From a virus, in the IMG/VR virus record IMGVR_UViG_3300008448_000009, positions 1 to 64,000 of that record: a stretch of 64,000 nucleotides of DNA. The stretch is one strand, 5' to 3'. The notes beneath the pieces were generated by a model. It saw only the letters and a list, made by a program, of their open reading frames with translations, did not search any database and had not been told where the DNA came from. Below are positions 1-10,683 of the stretch, in pieces; position 1 is the first letter of the stretch; each line of letters begins with the position of its first letter. The translations under genes were made by a program, and so were the position numbers.

Positions 1-1256
1 AAATTTAAAGTATTACCTGTTATTTGTGCACCTACACTAGCTACTGTTGCAACATTCTTCAATCTCAACCCAATACCTGATGTAGAAGCATCAATGGCTG
101 CTAAGAAATCTGAAGATGTTAATTCAGCTGTCCCAACGGTATTATCAACAGGAACATCTTTTCTAACACTACCTGTTGGTGGTATTATCAATTCTCCTGT
201 AAATTCACCAAATTCTCCAAATACAACACCATTTCTAACATTTGGAATACCTGGATATCCACCATTGTAATCAGTAGTACTAAATTGTCTTTGTACTCCA
301 ACGGATGTGTTTATTCTCCAAAATGTTGATGCTGCCGTTAAAAACATTCTAACTGCTTGTACCGCTTGAACACCTAATGCGTTTATAAATGGACCTGACA
401 TTTGAACAACACCTGTTGATGATGTTGAAACAATCGCAGGAACACTAGACCCCGATAATGCTGTTACAACACCATTTACAGTTAATGCTCCTGCACCTGC
501 AAAACTAATAGCGGCACCTGCACTTCTACTAGACACGTTTCCTATTATATTAACCGCACCACCTGTTGCATTTATACCATTATTATTTACAAAAGTACCA
601 CCTTGTACTGTACCCGTAACATTACATTGACCACCTGTTTGTAAAATTGCGTGTTGAGTACCTACGTTACCACCACTGGCAGTTACAGAACCTGTTATAT
701 TTACTACTGCGTTCCCAATATTATTAATAACATATTGAACAGGGTTTCCAGCTGCAACAGCTGTTAAACTAACATTCCCCACAATATTCAAAGTTCCAGC
801 AGCCGCTAATTGAAAAGTCCTACTAGTATTATTAATACCAACGTTAGAATTAACAAAATTACCATTCATATTTAGAGTACCTACATTAGACAACAATATC
901 AACGTTACAGTACCTACAACAGAACCATTAAACGAAGTAACATTAGCATTTACAGTTGCATTTTGACCACTTGTTAATGCACATTCCAAAACAGCTATGT
1001 TATTATTTACGAAATATGTTATAATTCCATTTTCAGCAGTGCAAGTCAAATTAGAACCATTTCCTGTTAAAAATTTACCACCTACTGTCGCACCACCAGT
1101 GTTATTATTTCTTATTGATAAAACAATATGTGTTCCAGTAATAGTTACTGTAAATCCATTTGCTATAGCATCGTCTGCCTCTGTTGGTACAACCCCACCA
1201 ATCCAAGTTGTTGTAGCACTAAAAAACCCATTCTGAGCCGCTAAAATTGTTGCCAT
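1..1256 (-). CDS. Tail fibre/adhesin-like virion protein, partial (runs off the left edge); paralog of 1274..2923
   Basis: Missing from the ORF track because its stop lies outside the window. Both ends translated by hand in one frame from ATG at 1256: MATILAAQNGFFSATTTWIGGVVPT... and ...VPVDNTVGTAELTSSDFLAAIDASTSGIGLRLKNVATVASVG. Both ends match the neighbouring gene. Confidence 0.8.
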   Translation of the reverse strand, partial: MATILAAQNGFFSATTTWIGGVVPTEADDAIANGFTVTITGTHIVLSIRNNNTGGATVGGKFLTGNGSNLTCTAENGIITYFVNNNIAVLECALTSGQNATVNANVTSFNGSVVGTVTLILLSNVGTLNMNGNFVNSNVGINNTSRTFQLAAAGTLNIVGNVSLTAVAAGNPVQYVINNIGNAVVNITGSVTASGGNVGTQHAILQTGGQCNVTGTVQGGTFVNNNGINATGGAVNIIGNVSSRSAGAAISFAGAGALTVNGVVTALSGSSVPAIVSTSSTGVVQMSGPFINALGVQAVQAVRMFLTAASTFWRINTSVGVQRQFSTTDYNGGYPGIPNVRNGVVFGEFGEFTGELIIPPTGSVRKDVPVDNTVGTAELTSSDFLAAIDASTSGIGLRLKNVATVASVGAQITGNTLN

Positions 1257-1273
1257 TTGTTAATTTTTTATTT

Positions 1274-2923
1274 TTATATGTTAAATGATGCTAGTTGTTT
1301 TCCAACAGTAGCCACTGTTGCAATATTTTTTAATCTATAACCAACACCTGATGTACTACCACTTATTGCATCAAATAAATCTTGAGCTGTTAATGTTGCT
1401 GTACCTACGGTATTATCTGTTGGAACATTAATTCTAACATCTGAAGGTAAAGGAACATTCATTGTACCTATTGTTGTGTTTGTTGGACCATATACTTCAT
1501 TAAGTCTAACATCAGAAGCACTAGGAAACCCTGTTGTGTTTGTTGGGGCATCAGTGTATAAAATTCTATTTGTACTACCACTCGTTGTAAATGACCAATA
1601 AGTAGTAGCACTTGTTATAAAAAGTCTAGGTGCATTAACTGCCATAAAACCGTTGTTGTTAATCAACGGACCTGTTAATGTAACAGCCCCTAATCCAACT
1701 ATTGCGTTTGCACCTGACCCAGCTGTCACTGTTCCAGTAACATCTATATTTGCAGCTGCACCAGTATTTGAAATTGCGTTTACAGTGCTTATACTTGTTA
1801 CATTACCTGAAACAACACAATTACTTGATGAAACTAAACCTATAGTTGGATTAATACCTGCACTAACATTACCGTTTACGTTAACAGTTCCAGTTCCTCT
1901 ATGATATATTATGAAAGTACCACCATTAATTAAATTACCAGTGATATTAATAGTTGAAGTGGTACTTAAGTCATATGTTGGTGAAATAGCCGAGCTAGCG
2001 TTATTAGGCGACCCAGTAACATTCAATATTCCTCCTAAAGTTACGTTTACCACTCTACCACCACTAGAGTTATTAGTATGATTCCCAATCATATTTAAAG
2101 TTCCTGTTCCTGAATGTAAAACAGCTGTCTGATTTGTTGATATAGCTGGTGAAATTATATTACCATTAATTGTTGCACTATTTGGTGAGTTTAAACCAAA
2201 AGTCACTGGTGCTGTAGCTGAATTAACTACAACACCTGTCGAGGCAGTAACTGTTAAATTAGTACCATTTAATAAGTTAAAAGTACCACCAACCACACCA
2301 CCTTGAACAGTACCTGTTAGTTCAGTCATTTCCAACTCAGCAACCTGCAAAGTGTTAGCACCACCATTATTTAATGTTATGTTCATCCTATAAAAACTAT
2401 AAGCATTTGTATTTGTTAGAGCAGAACTTGTATAGGTAGCACTAATACCAATTGAACTACCAGTAACGGTATCTAATGTTGTATAATTCACACCATCGTT
2501 ACTTCCTTCAAAAGTCCAGTTTCTGGGGTTATTGGTAGGGTTAGTAGAAGGACTTCTCCATAAATATCTTTTAATTATTCTAGCTGTTGGAAATTGATAT
2601 CCTATAGACCCTGTTACTGTACCTGTAGGGGTCCCCCAAATAGTTGTAGTATTTTTGTCGAACGCTCTCCAAGCCTCACCACCAACAGCAGCTGTACTTG
2701 CAAATGCTTGACCTGATGGTGTTGTATTAGAAGTCATTAGTGGTATTGGCATCCCTGGTAATAAATAAGTTGTTGCATCATTTCTAACCGTATTACAACT
2801 TACAGTACCACTAACTTGTATTGTGAAACCATTTGAGTAAGCGTCCTCACTACCTGTTGGTACAATACCTGTGTCCCATATTGCTGGATTACTAAAAGTT
2901 CCACTTGTTATTGCAAAAGCCAT
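1274..2923 (-). CDS. Tail fibre/adhesin protein with a discoidin (F5/8 type C, galactose-binding-like) domain
   Basis: G/T/N/S-rich beta-solenoid-like sequence. AWRAFD...W...PRNWTFEGSNDG...YSFYRMNIT is typical of F5/8 type C domains. Confidence 0.7.
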   Translation of the reverse strand: MAFAITSGTFSNPAIWDTGIVPTGSEDAYSNGFTIQVSGTVSCNTVRNDATTYLLPGMPIPLMTSNTTPSGQAFASTAAVGGEAWRAFDKNTTTIWGTPTGTVTGSIGYQFPTARIIKRYLWRSPSTNPTNNPRNWTFEGSNDGVNYTTLDTVTGSSIGISATYTSSALTNTNAYSFYRMNITLNNGGANTLQVAELEMTELTGTVQGGVVGGTFNLLNGTNLTVTASTGVVVNSATAPVTFGLNSPNSATINGNIISPAISTNQTAVLHSGTGTLNMIGNHTNNSSGGRVVNVTLGGILNVTGSPNNASSAISPTYDLSTTSTINITGNLINGGTFIIYHRGTGTVNVNGNVSAGINPTIGLVSSSNCVVSGNVTSISTVNAISNTGAAANIDVTGTVTAGSGANAIVGLGAVTLTGPLINNNGFMAVNAPRLFITSATTYWSFTTSGSTNRILYTDAPTNTTGFPSASDVRLNEVYGPTNTTIGTMNVPLPSDVRINVPTDNTVGTATLTAQDLFDAISGSTSGVGYRLKNIATVATVGKQLASFNI

Positions 2924-2926
2924 ATC

Positions 2927-3220
2927 TTATAAATTTTTATCTGTTATGAATTGTTGTAATGAACCAAATATTGTCATTAAAGCTTGACCTAAAGCTGGGT
3001 CTGTTTCAGCAGAAACAAACACATCTAAATAAACCAATTGTATTGGGTCATCTAAAAATTCAAATGTACCATCTCCTAAAACTCTATAAGGTTTAAATAC
3101 GATAGCACAAGAACCACCAATGTTGGTTTCTTCAATCAATGGTGATATTGCTAAATTAGCTGTTACATATGGATATTCAATTCCATCTACTATTTTTGGT
3201 GTGTTTAATGTTAAAGGCAT
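2927..3220 (-). CDS. Hypothetical protein, possibly tail-fibre associated
   Basis: 97-aa ORF tightly packed between fibre genes. Confidence 0.6.
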   Translation of the reverse strand: MPLTLNTPKIVDGIEYPYVTANLAISPLIEETNIGGSCAIVFKPYRVLGDGTFEFLDDPIQLVYLDVFVSAETDPALGQALMTIFGSLQQFITDKNL

Positions 3221-3243
3221 ATTTTTATGTATTAAATTATATT

Positions 3244-6200
3244 TTATGTGTATGATATTGATTCTCTATTATTCCAAACTGAGTTAGGTGCACTTACAGC
3301 TGTAGTTACAGAACCTTCAACAGCTACTGTTATTCTCGTTATAGTCCATGCAGAAGCAGAAGTTGTAACTCCTGTTCCTAATGCAATACCACAATAATTA
3401 ATAGCGTCATTTGTTGAATTATTTGCATTTTGTCTAGTATATGATACCCCTCCTGAAATTGATATATTTCCACTACCTAAAAGTGAAAAAGTATTTATTG
3501 TTTTTATATTGCTACCACTCACTAAAGCATCTTGTTTACTATTAAAAGAATTCCAATTAGTACTAGTTAATACACCAGTAGTTGCTGATGAGGAAAGTGG
3601 TAAATTATTATATGTGGTAGCTGATATAGTGTTAGCGGTTAAACCATTTGTAAACGTAGTTGAACCTGATACAGTACCACCAGTAAAAGTTGAATTAGGT
3701 AAATTTTGATAAGTTGTTGCTGATATAGTTGTTGCTTTTAAAGTACCATTAACATTAACATTAGGTGATGTAACATCTACTCTATCACTAGCAGTAAGGG
3801 CTATTCTTGTATCATTATCATTTACTAATATATATGTACCACTTCCACTAACACCAGTATCTCCAATAACAACTTGATTAATATCATATCTAATAGAAAA
3901 TAACCCATCATCAGTATATTGTTGGTTTAAAATTTTGAAACTGGTATTTGTTTGTTCAGTTTCTGTATATAATGTATTACCACTATTAGTAACTCTATTA
4001 CGTATAAATCCAGTATTATCAACAGTGCTTACAACTGAAGTAATATGATTATTATAAATGTTAAAACTAGAAACATATGAATTAGAAGCATTATCTTGGA
4101 AATAACCAAAACCTTCTTCAGGGTTTATAAAAAATTGTGAACTACCAAAGTTATCATGGTTACTACCATTTTTACCTAGAAAATAAAGTCCATAATCTTG
4201 TATTCTAAAATTAGAATATAAACCTACATTATCATTAACCCCTTTTTCAGTTGTAAGTAAACCATCAAGTCTTGTATTTCCATTTACGTGAAAATATTCA
4301 GTTGGAGTGTCGGTATTAACACCAACAAATCCATTATCTAATATAGATATAAGATTTGATGAACCACTTCTATTTTTAAAACGTATAGAATTACCCAAAG
4401 ATTTAATTACGGTGTCATTATTGTTAGAATAAACACTAGCATACATAGTACCACCAGTAGATTGAAATCTAAGACCATAACCATTTTGAAAAGCAATAGA
4501 ACCATTCTCAACATTAATTACATCAGATAAAGGCATAGTAGCACCACCAATTCTCATATTACCAACAGAATTTATTCTCATTCTTTCAGTCATTGTGGTA
4601 CTACCATCTGGTGTTGTAAAGAATGTTAATCTAGAAGGTAAATCATTACCACCACTAGTCGCATCCATTGAAGCTTCAATTTTTGCGTTGGCGATAAAAG
4701 TTGAAGTTGCAGAATTCCAAGCTCCAAATTCTAATCTACCTACAGCACTACCTGAACTAGGTGTTGTTGGTGATTCTTGAGTTCCAGATGCTCTAAATAA
4801 TCTAAGTCTACCATATGTTCCGTAATTGTTTGTTTCTATTTGAGAATTAAACAAATCTAAATCATTGTTAATAATAACATATTGTAAATTAGTTGGGTTA
4901 CCTGTAACGGTTAATGTACCTGCTGATATTGTTGTTGAAGTAAGACCAGCATTAAAAGATTGAGACACACTGAAATTGTTGTCAGTGTTAGTCAACGCTA
5001 AATTGTTATATTTGTTTGAATCTAAATGATAATACTGTCCAGCCAAACCGCCTTGAATACCAGCCAAATCATTATGTAATACTGGCGCCCCAGAAGGTTG
5101 AAATACCGTATTAAATGCTGATTGGATAATACCAGTAGTCGCGCTTACACCAACAATTATTCTACCAACCAAAAATGCGTGTGATGTAATTAACTCTGGT
5201 AAATTAGGTTCTGGTGACGCTTCAGCTAATTGAATAGTATCGAATTGACCAAAACTAATTAATTCATATAAATGGTCATTAATTTCTTGACCCCTAAAAT
5301 ACCAGTTAACCAAATATTTACCAGCCGTTGCTAAAATTAAATCTGTACCATCATCATAAAAACTGTTGTTTATGGTGTTACCAGTAGTGGTATACACCCA
5401 AGTACCACCAGAATGAAAAGATTTAAAGAACACATCGTCTTGTGAGTTTACAGCGGTAACAATTTGTTTATATGGGCCATTCCATACAACACCAGAACTC
5501 AATGTAACAACACCAGTTGAACCACTAAGACCTAATGCACAACCACTTTCTCTAGCAAATCTATCAGTAGAAATTAAACGAGTATTTAGTTTGTTAGGTA
5601 AACCAGCACCCATATCACCAAACTCTAATGTGTGTACAAAGTTGTCTGCCCTGTAAACAATCATATACAATACAATATCACTACTGTTTACAGTCCCATC
5701 ATTGTCTAATACGTTGTATCTAGGTGAACCACCATTATATTCTACAATAATATAATTTGTGTCATTGTTTATAAGTGGCGGAATTCCACCAACACCTGTA
5801 GTACCACTAGCAACAGTATATATTTTAAGTAATTCTAAATTATTTGGATTATCATACAAAGCAACTTTTATCTCTGGTAAGTTGATACTTCCATTACCAT
5901 TGTCAACCCAATTTTCAGCACCTAATATAACACCAGCGTTATAATTTGAGGGTCCGTCAATGGTAAACGTACCGCCAGTGTTGTTCGTAAACGTTGTGAC
6001 ACCATCAAAATAAGTACCCCCCGTTACTCTAACATCTGTTGGTAAATTTAAATATGTTGTTGCGGATATTGTTGTTGCGGTAAGTCCATTTATAAAATAT
6101 GTTGGGTTAGCAACTGTACCACCAGTAAAAATAGTATCAGTAAGTCCAGTTAATGTAAACGTACCACCAGTATTGTTGACAAATGTTGCAACATCATTTG

Positions 6201-6837
6201 ATTTAGTGGCACCTGTAACAAATACATCTGTTGCGCCAGTATAAAACCCTGTTACATTAAATGTTCCACCAGTATTGTTTGTAAACATAGCGTTACCATC
6301 AGAATAAGTACCACCAGTAACAAATGTATCTTGTGTTGAAATACCAGAAAGATTAGAACCATCACCATAGAATGTTGTTGCGCTAACAGGTCCATTTACG
6401 TTTAATGATGTGAAATTATCGATAGTAGCACCGAATGTGACACCATCGTTTCTATATAATGTTAATAAATTATTAGTAAACGTAACAGCTGTTACATATA
6501 TGTCTGTTGCACCAGTATAAAAACCTGTTACATTAAATGTTCCACCAGTATTGTTGGTAAATGTTGCTACACCATAATTTTGGTCGTAGGTTCCACCAGT
6601 AACAAATGTATCTTGTGTTGAAATACCAGTAAGGTTCGAACCGTCACCATAAAATGTTGTGGCGCTAAACGATGAATTAGCTTGTATAATATTATCCCCT
6701 AGTAATATTTGTGTGTTACCAGTACATGAAATTAAAGCATTAGTAAAAAAACCAGTACATGCACTCATTGTTCCATCATTTTCAGGTTCAATGATGAATG
6801 TTTCGTTAATACTTAAAGATTTGTTTATATTGTTCAT
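3244..6837 (-). CDS. Long tail fibre protein
   Basis: Repeated VTGGTY...FTNNTGGTFNVTG and ISATT modules. Contains FFTTPDGSTTMTERMRI and GFVGVNTDTP segments typical of phage fibres. Confidence 0.75.
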   Translation of the reverse strand: MNNINKSLSINETFIIEPENDGTMSACTGFFTNALISCTGNTQILLGDNIIQANSSFSATTFYGDGSNLTGISTQDTFVTGGTYDQNYGVATFTNNTGGTFNVTGFYTGATDIYVTAVTFTNNLLTLYRNDGVTFGATIDNFTSLNVNGPVSATTFYGDGSNLSGISTQDTFVTGGTYSDGNAMFTNNTGGTFNVTGFYTGATDVFVTGATKSNDVATFVNNTGGTFTLTGLTDTIFTGGTVANPTYFINGLTATTISATTYLNLPTDVRVTGGTYFDGVTTFTNNTGGTFTIDGPSNYNAGVILGAENWVDNGNGSINLPEIKVALYDNPNNLELLKIYTVASGTTGVGGIPPLINNDTNYIIVEYNGGSPRYNVLDNDGTVNSSDIVLYMIVYRADNFVHTLEFGDMGAGLPNKLNTRLISTDRFARESGCALGLSGSTGVVTLSSGVVWNGPYKQIVTAVNSQDDVFFKSFHSGGTWVYTTTGNTINNSFYDDGTDLILATAGKYLVNWYFRGQEINDHLYELISFGQFDTIQLAEASPEPNLPELITSHAFLVGRIIVGVSATTGIIQSAFNTVFQPSGAPVLHNDLAGIQGGLAGQYYHLDSNKYNNLALTNTDNNFSVSQSFNAGLTSTTISAGTLTVTGNPTNLQYVIINNDLDLFNSQIETNNYGTYGRLRLFRASGTQESPTTPSSGSAVGRLEFGAWNSATSTFIANAKIEASMDATSGGNDLPSRLTFFTTPDGSTTMTERMRINSVGNMRIGGATMPLSDVINVENGSIAFQNGYGLRFQSTGGTMYASVYSNNNDTVIKSLGNSIRFKNRSGSSNLISILDNGFVGVNTDTPTEYFHVNGNTRLDGLLTTEKGVNDNVGLYSNFRIQDYGLYFLGKNGSNHDNFGSSQFFINPEEGFGYFQDNASNSYVSSFNIYNNHITSVVSTVDNTGFIRNRVTNSGNTLYTETEQTNTSFKILNQQYTDDGLFSIRYDINQVVIGDTGVSGSGTYILVNDNDTRIALTASDRVDVTSPNVNVNGTLKATTISATTYQNLPNSTFTGGTVSGSTTFTNGLTANTISATTYNNLPLSSSATTGVLTSTNWNSFNSKQDALVSGSNIKTINTFSLLGSGNISISGGVSYTRQNANNSTNDAINYCGIALGTGVTTSASAWTITRITVAVEGSVTTAVSAPNSVWNNRESISYT

Positions 6838-7901
6838 TACGTTGTTGTTGTTGTACCTATTAATTTAAAAGAACCTTGTGTAAGATTATTTTTATATACT
6901 CTAATTTTTATTACATCGTTAGCGCTTAATATCAAAGGTGATGATAATACTGTCCCATCAAAAATACCCACCCCATTAGCACTAATAACTATTCTACTTA
7001 TATTTGATATTTCAGTTAATATCGTAAAATTAACGTCGTATTTAAGTATAAATTCAAATTCATTTTTGGACCTAGGTTTAAATAAAAATTTAAAATTAGC
7101 TTCGTTATTTTTGTTGCTGCTGTCAAAAATTATATCGTTGTATAGTTTAGTTTCATCAATTTCCATCGCAAGTATTGTTCTATTTATTGACGGAACTACT
7201 TCATACTCTTCTTCATCTAGCAAATAACCTAATAATTTTAGTTCAAATAGTTGAACATAAAATCTTTTGTTTTCAAAATCATCAATGTTACTCTCATCAC
7301 CTATATTTTCAAGATGCAATGGCATTGGATGACCTTTAACATCAATATAACATTGTCTAGATTGAAACGCTCTTTGCATTAACCTATTAAACTTATTTAA
7401 GTGTCTTAATTTAGTTGCAAATATTCTAACCTCGTAGGTTAAATCTACACTTGTCGGTTGTGGTATCTTATACATATCCACACCTCTTCTTGCTCCGTCC
7501 CATGTTGGAACTTTTACCATTGTGTAGGTACGATTTCCTGGAATGTTCCATAGTCCAGCTTGGTTTTGACCCTGTTGAATATCTGGGTTTCTTACAACAG
7601 TTATAAATGGCATTCTTATGTTTTTATATTCATCAGTAAATTCCCAAGTTTTTGTAAACTCAGTCCATCTTTGGATTGTTAAAAATATAACTGGAATTCT
7701 TTCTCCTTCAAGACTCATATAAAATCTTTCGTCAGTTTTTAACGTTTCAATAACCGCTTCATCCATGTCTTCTTCTAAAACACCTCTAGGTAAAAAAGTA
7801 CCTTTGTCGGTAATACCATCTAGAATTTCTTGTCTTCTTTCTGGTCCGATTTTACTTGGTGTAATATCTATGTTGGTCATATAACCTTTGGGCATTCCCA
7901 T
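6837..7901 (-). CDS. Putative tail terminator/tail completion protein (T4 gp15-like) with a C-terminal extension
   Basis: Adjacent to a neck gene. The MPFITVVR and PTSVDLTYEVRIF motifs resemble tail-terminator folds; family assignment is an inference. Confidence 0.5.
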   Translation of the reverse strand: MGMPKGYMTNIDITPSKIGPERRQEILDGITDKGTFLPRGVLEEDMDEAVIETLKTDERFYMSLEGERIPVIFLTIQRWTEFTKTWEFTDEYKNIRMPFITVVRNPDIQQGQNQAGLWNIPGNRTYTMVKVPTWDGARRGVDMYKIPQPTSVDLTYEVRIFATKLRHLNKFNRLMQRAFQSRQCYIDVKGHPMPLHLENIGDESNIDDFENKRFYVQLFELKLLGYLLDEEEYEVVPSINRTILAMEIDETKLYNDIIFDSSNKNNEANFKFLFKPRSKNEFEFILKYDVNFTILTEISNISRIVISANGVGIFDGTVLSSPLILSANDVIKIRVYKNNLTQGSFKLIGTTTTT

Positions 7902-7919
7902 ATCTTATCTGTTTTTAAA

Positions 7920-8441
7920 TTACATACCTTGGAATTCTAAATCTTCAATTGTAGCGCAAATAATTGTTCTAAACGCACCTTTGTAACCCATAATCGTATG
8001 TTTATTGTCGTAATTTTTAACTCCATCATTAACAACGCTGAAATATCTAATTTCTGTTTCTGTAACTGGATAACCTATATAATCACCATAGCTTATCTCA
8101 GTATCCAATTCTTTCAATTGTGCATCATAAATTCCAAAAGTTAATTGTCCATCTTGTAAATATCTCAAACCACCATTGGAGTTGTATGCTTTATTTTCAG
8201 CTTCATCCATAATAGGGATTACTTTAAGCTCAATCGGTGGAAAATATCTAATACCGTCAGCAGACGCTTCACCATATAAATCATCAGATTCGGTTAGTTG
8301 TCTATCAACTCTGTATAGAATTAAAGTAAAATTACCATCACCTTCGATAGCTTCTCTACCCATTTCAATTTCAAGGTTAAAATCTTCCTCAGAAAACCAT
8401 TTATTTACCCTTGTTATCGGTGTTACTTTTTTATTATCCAT
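7920..8441 (-). CDS. Putative neck/head-closure protein (T4 gp14-like)
   Basis: DDLYGEA...F.PPIEL and GDYIGY motifs, plus size and position. Confidence 0.55.
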   Translation of the reverse strand: MDNKKVTPITRVNKWFSEEDFNLEIEMGREAIEGDGNFTLILYRVDRQLTESDDLYGEASADGIRYFPPIELKVIPIMDEAENKAYNSNGGLRYLQDGQLTFGIYDAQLKELDTEISYGDYIGYPVTETEIRYFSVVNDGVKNYDNKHTIMGYKGAFRTIICATIEDLEFQGM

Positions 8442-8490
8442 AGGTTTTATTTTATAAATATTTATGTTTTAATTAATCTACAGCAAACCC

Positions 8491-8521
8491 TTGATTTTTA
8501 TTTTTATTTTCGTTATATTTG
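8491..8521 (+). promoter_or_regulatory. Host-type promoter for the helicase operon
   Basis: TTGATT-17-TATATTTG. The downstream element fits the Bacteroidota -7 consensus TAnnTTTG. Confidence 0.6.
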
Positions 8522-8553
8522 TATATAATAACCAGGATTAAACTAGTAATTAT

Positions 8554-10389
8554 TTGATAAATTTAGACGACATAAAAGGACGCTCAGCAATATCTCTATT
8601 AGAGAATTACGACGGTATTAACCCTTACATTAAAGGGTTACAAAATCAGTACCTTAAAAACAATAAATTGGCCCTTACGGATAACCAATCCAAATATATT
8701 ATAGATAACATTGATAGAGAACCGCTATATATAAATAGAGTGGTAAATATAACTAGTTATTTAGGTGAAGAACTACAAAAAAAACATGAATTATCTTTTA
8801 TACCAGAAAGAGTTCTTATCGAATTTATTTTGGGTGAAACAGATAAATCATACCACATTTATGGAAAGTTTTCAACAAAACAACAATCCAAAATGTATTT
8901 TATCCCAAAAACACAAGTAATTGATGACCCATATTTTGAACCAATCAAGATAGATGTTGATTTTACAAAATATAACGATGTATTAGCTAAAACGGGTAAA
9001 AAACTATATCAGCACCAAGAAGAAGGTATTAAATTTTTATTATCTAGAAACGGCTGTATTCTAGCCGATGATATGGGTTTGGGTAAATCGATGCAATCAA
9101 TAATTGCTGCGTTGGAAAGTGGTGCTAAAAAGATATTGATTGTGTGTCCATCAGCCACTAAAATTAATTGGCAACGTGAGATAAATGTATTTTGTGATGA
9201 AACAACAATTATTGACGGTAAAAAATTCAAAGATGCAAAATTTACAATAATAAATTTTGATATTCTTAAAAACTTTCATAGCCTTAAATCAACCAAAAGA
9301 CTAAAAGAAGGTGAAGTTGAACCAGAACCAATCAGAAACTTAGCTAACGCTGGGTATGATTTATGTATTGTTGATGAAGCTCACTATTTGAAAAATAACG
9401 ATAGTATTCGCGGTAAAATAATTGTAGAGTTATCCACAAAGTTTAATATTCAAAAAGTTTGGTTATTGACTGGAACACCAGTTGCAAACAGACCAATGGA
9501 TTTCTTTAATTTATTAAAGATTATAAAGTCTCCTATTGCAGAAAATTGGAAACACTATGCTACGAGATACTGTGAAGGTAGAAAGTTCTTTAGAACGCTT
9601 AAAAATGGTCAGAAAAGACAAATATGGTTAACTGATGGTGCCAGCAATTTAGAAGAGTTGGCCACTAAAACAAAAAATATACTTTTGAGAAGACTTAAAA
9701 CTGAAGTGTTGGACATGCCAGACAAAGTCATCACACCCATGCATCATGTGTTAGATACTAAACAATTATCACAATACGAATATTTATGGGATGAGTATAT
9801 GTTGGCCAAGATAGAAGCTGGTAAAAAAGTTCGTGAAGAACAGAAAGACTTGGTAGAACTTATTTTGCTTAGACAGTTTATTGCACAACAAGCTATCCCA
9901 TATACAATTGAAATGGCTGAGAATGCGATAGAAATGGGTCGTAAAGTAATTATTTTTACTAGTTTTACTGAAGAACTTGAAATGATTACAAATCATTTTG
10001 GAAAAGCTGCTGTAAAACATAATGGACCAATGAGTACCGTTAACAAACAAAAATCAGTTGATGCATTTCAAAATAATGACAAAGTTAAAGTTTTTGTTGG
10101 AAATATTAAATCTGCTGGTGTTGGGATTACATTAACAGAAGGTACTGTTGTAATTTTTAATTCATTCGATTGGGTACCAGGCTCAAACGAACAAGCCGAA
10201 GATAGAGCATTTCGTATCGGACAAAAAAATGACGTTAATGTTTACTATCAATTATTTGATGGTACTATTTCTACTAGAATGTGGGAAATGTTGAAAAACA
10301 AAAGAGACATCATATCAACCATTATGGGTGAAAAAGTGATGACAGAAGATGAAATAACAGAATTATTAATAGAACAATTATTAGATTAA
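8554..10389 (+). CDS. SNF2-family (HARP/SMARCAL1-like) helicase/ATPase
   Basis: LADDMGLGKS (Walker A), VDEAH, LTGTP, AGVGITLT and QAEDRAFRIGQ motifs. TTG start. Confidence 0.92.
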   Translation: MINLDDIKGRSAISLLENYDGINPYIKGLQNQYLKNNKLALTDNQSKYIIDNIDREPLYINRVVNITSYLGEELQKKHELSFIPERVLIEFILGETDKSYHIYGKFSTKQQSKMYFIPKTQVIDDPYFEPIKIDVDFTKYNDVLAKTGKKLYQHQEEGIKFLLSRNGCILADDMGLGKSMQSIIAALESGAKKILIVCPSATKINWQREINVFCDETTIIDGKKFKDAKFTIINFDILKNFHSLKSTKRLKEGEVEPEPIRNLANAGYDLCIVDEAHYLKNNDSIRGKIIVELSTKFNIQKVWLLTGTPVANRPMDFFNLLKIIKSPIAENWKHYATRYCEGRKFFRTLKNGQKRQIWLTDGASNLEELATKTKNILLRRLKTEVLDMPDKVITPMHHVLDTKQLSQYEYLWDEYMLAKIEAGKKVREEQKDLVELILLRQFIAQQAIPYTIEMAENAIEMGRKVIIFTSFTEELEMITNHFGKAAVKHNGPMSTVNKQKSVDAFQNNDKVKVFVGNIKSAGVGITLTEGTVVIFNSFDWVPGSNEQAEDRAFRIGQKNDVNVYYQLFDGTISTRMWEMLKNKRDIISTIMGEKVMTEDEITELLIEQLLD

Positions 10390-10391
10390 TT

Positions 10392-10646
10392 ATGGTAACA
10401 ATTTACACAATGCAAAACTGCCCATATTGCGCAGAATTAAAAGAACTTCTTACTACTGAAAATATCGAATTTAACGATATAGATATTTTTGATAAAGAAC
10501 ATGAAAAAGAAGTTGGAGAAATAATGGAAGCATCAAAAGCTGAAGAAGTCCCAATAGTTAGGGTTGAAAAGCAATTATTTATACCAAACGTTTCATTCAA
10601 AAGTATTAAAGAAGCTGTAGAGTTAACTAAAAGATTTATTGGTTAA
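10392..10646 (+). CDS. Glutaredoxin (NrdH/Grx-like)
   Basis: CPYC active site and VP motif in an 84-aa protein. Confidence 0.9.
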   Translation: MVTIYTMQNCPYCAELKELLTTENIEFNDIDIFDKEHEKEVGEIMEASKAEEVPIVRVEKQLFIPNVSFKSIKEAVELTKRFIG

Positions 10647-10660
10647 TTTAAAAATTTCTT

Positions 10661-10669
10661 ATATTTATA
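10661..10669 (+). promoter_or_regulatory. Putative phage late promoter ATATTTATA (representative copy)
   Basis: The same motif lies 11-17 nt upstream of starts at 8453(-), 20910(-), 27261(-), 30925(-), 30948(+), 48742(+, ATATTTATT), 53367(+) and 56943(+). Confidence 0.65.
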
Positions 10670-10683
10670 AGAAAAGATAAAAA

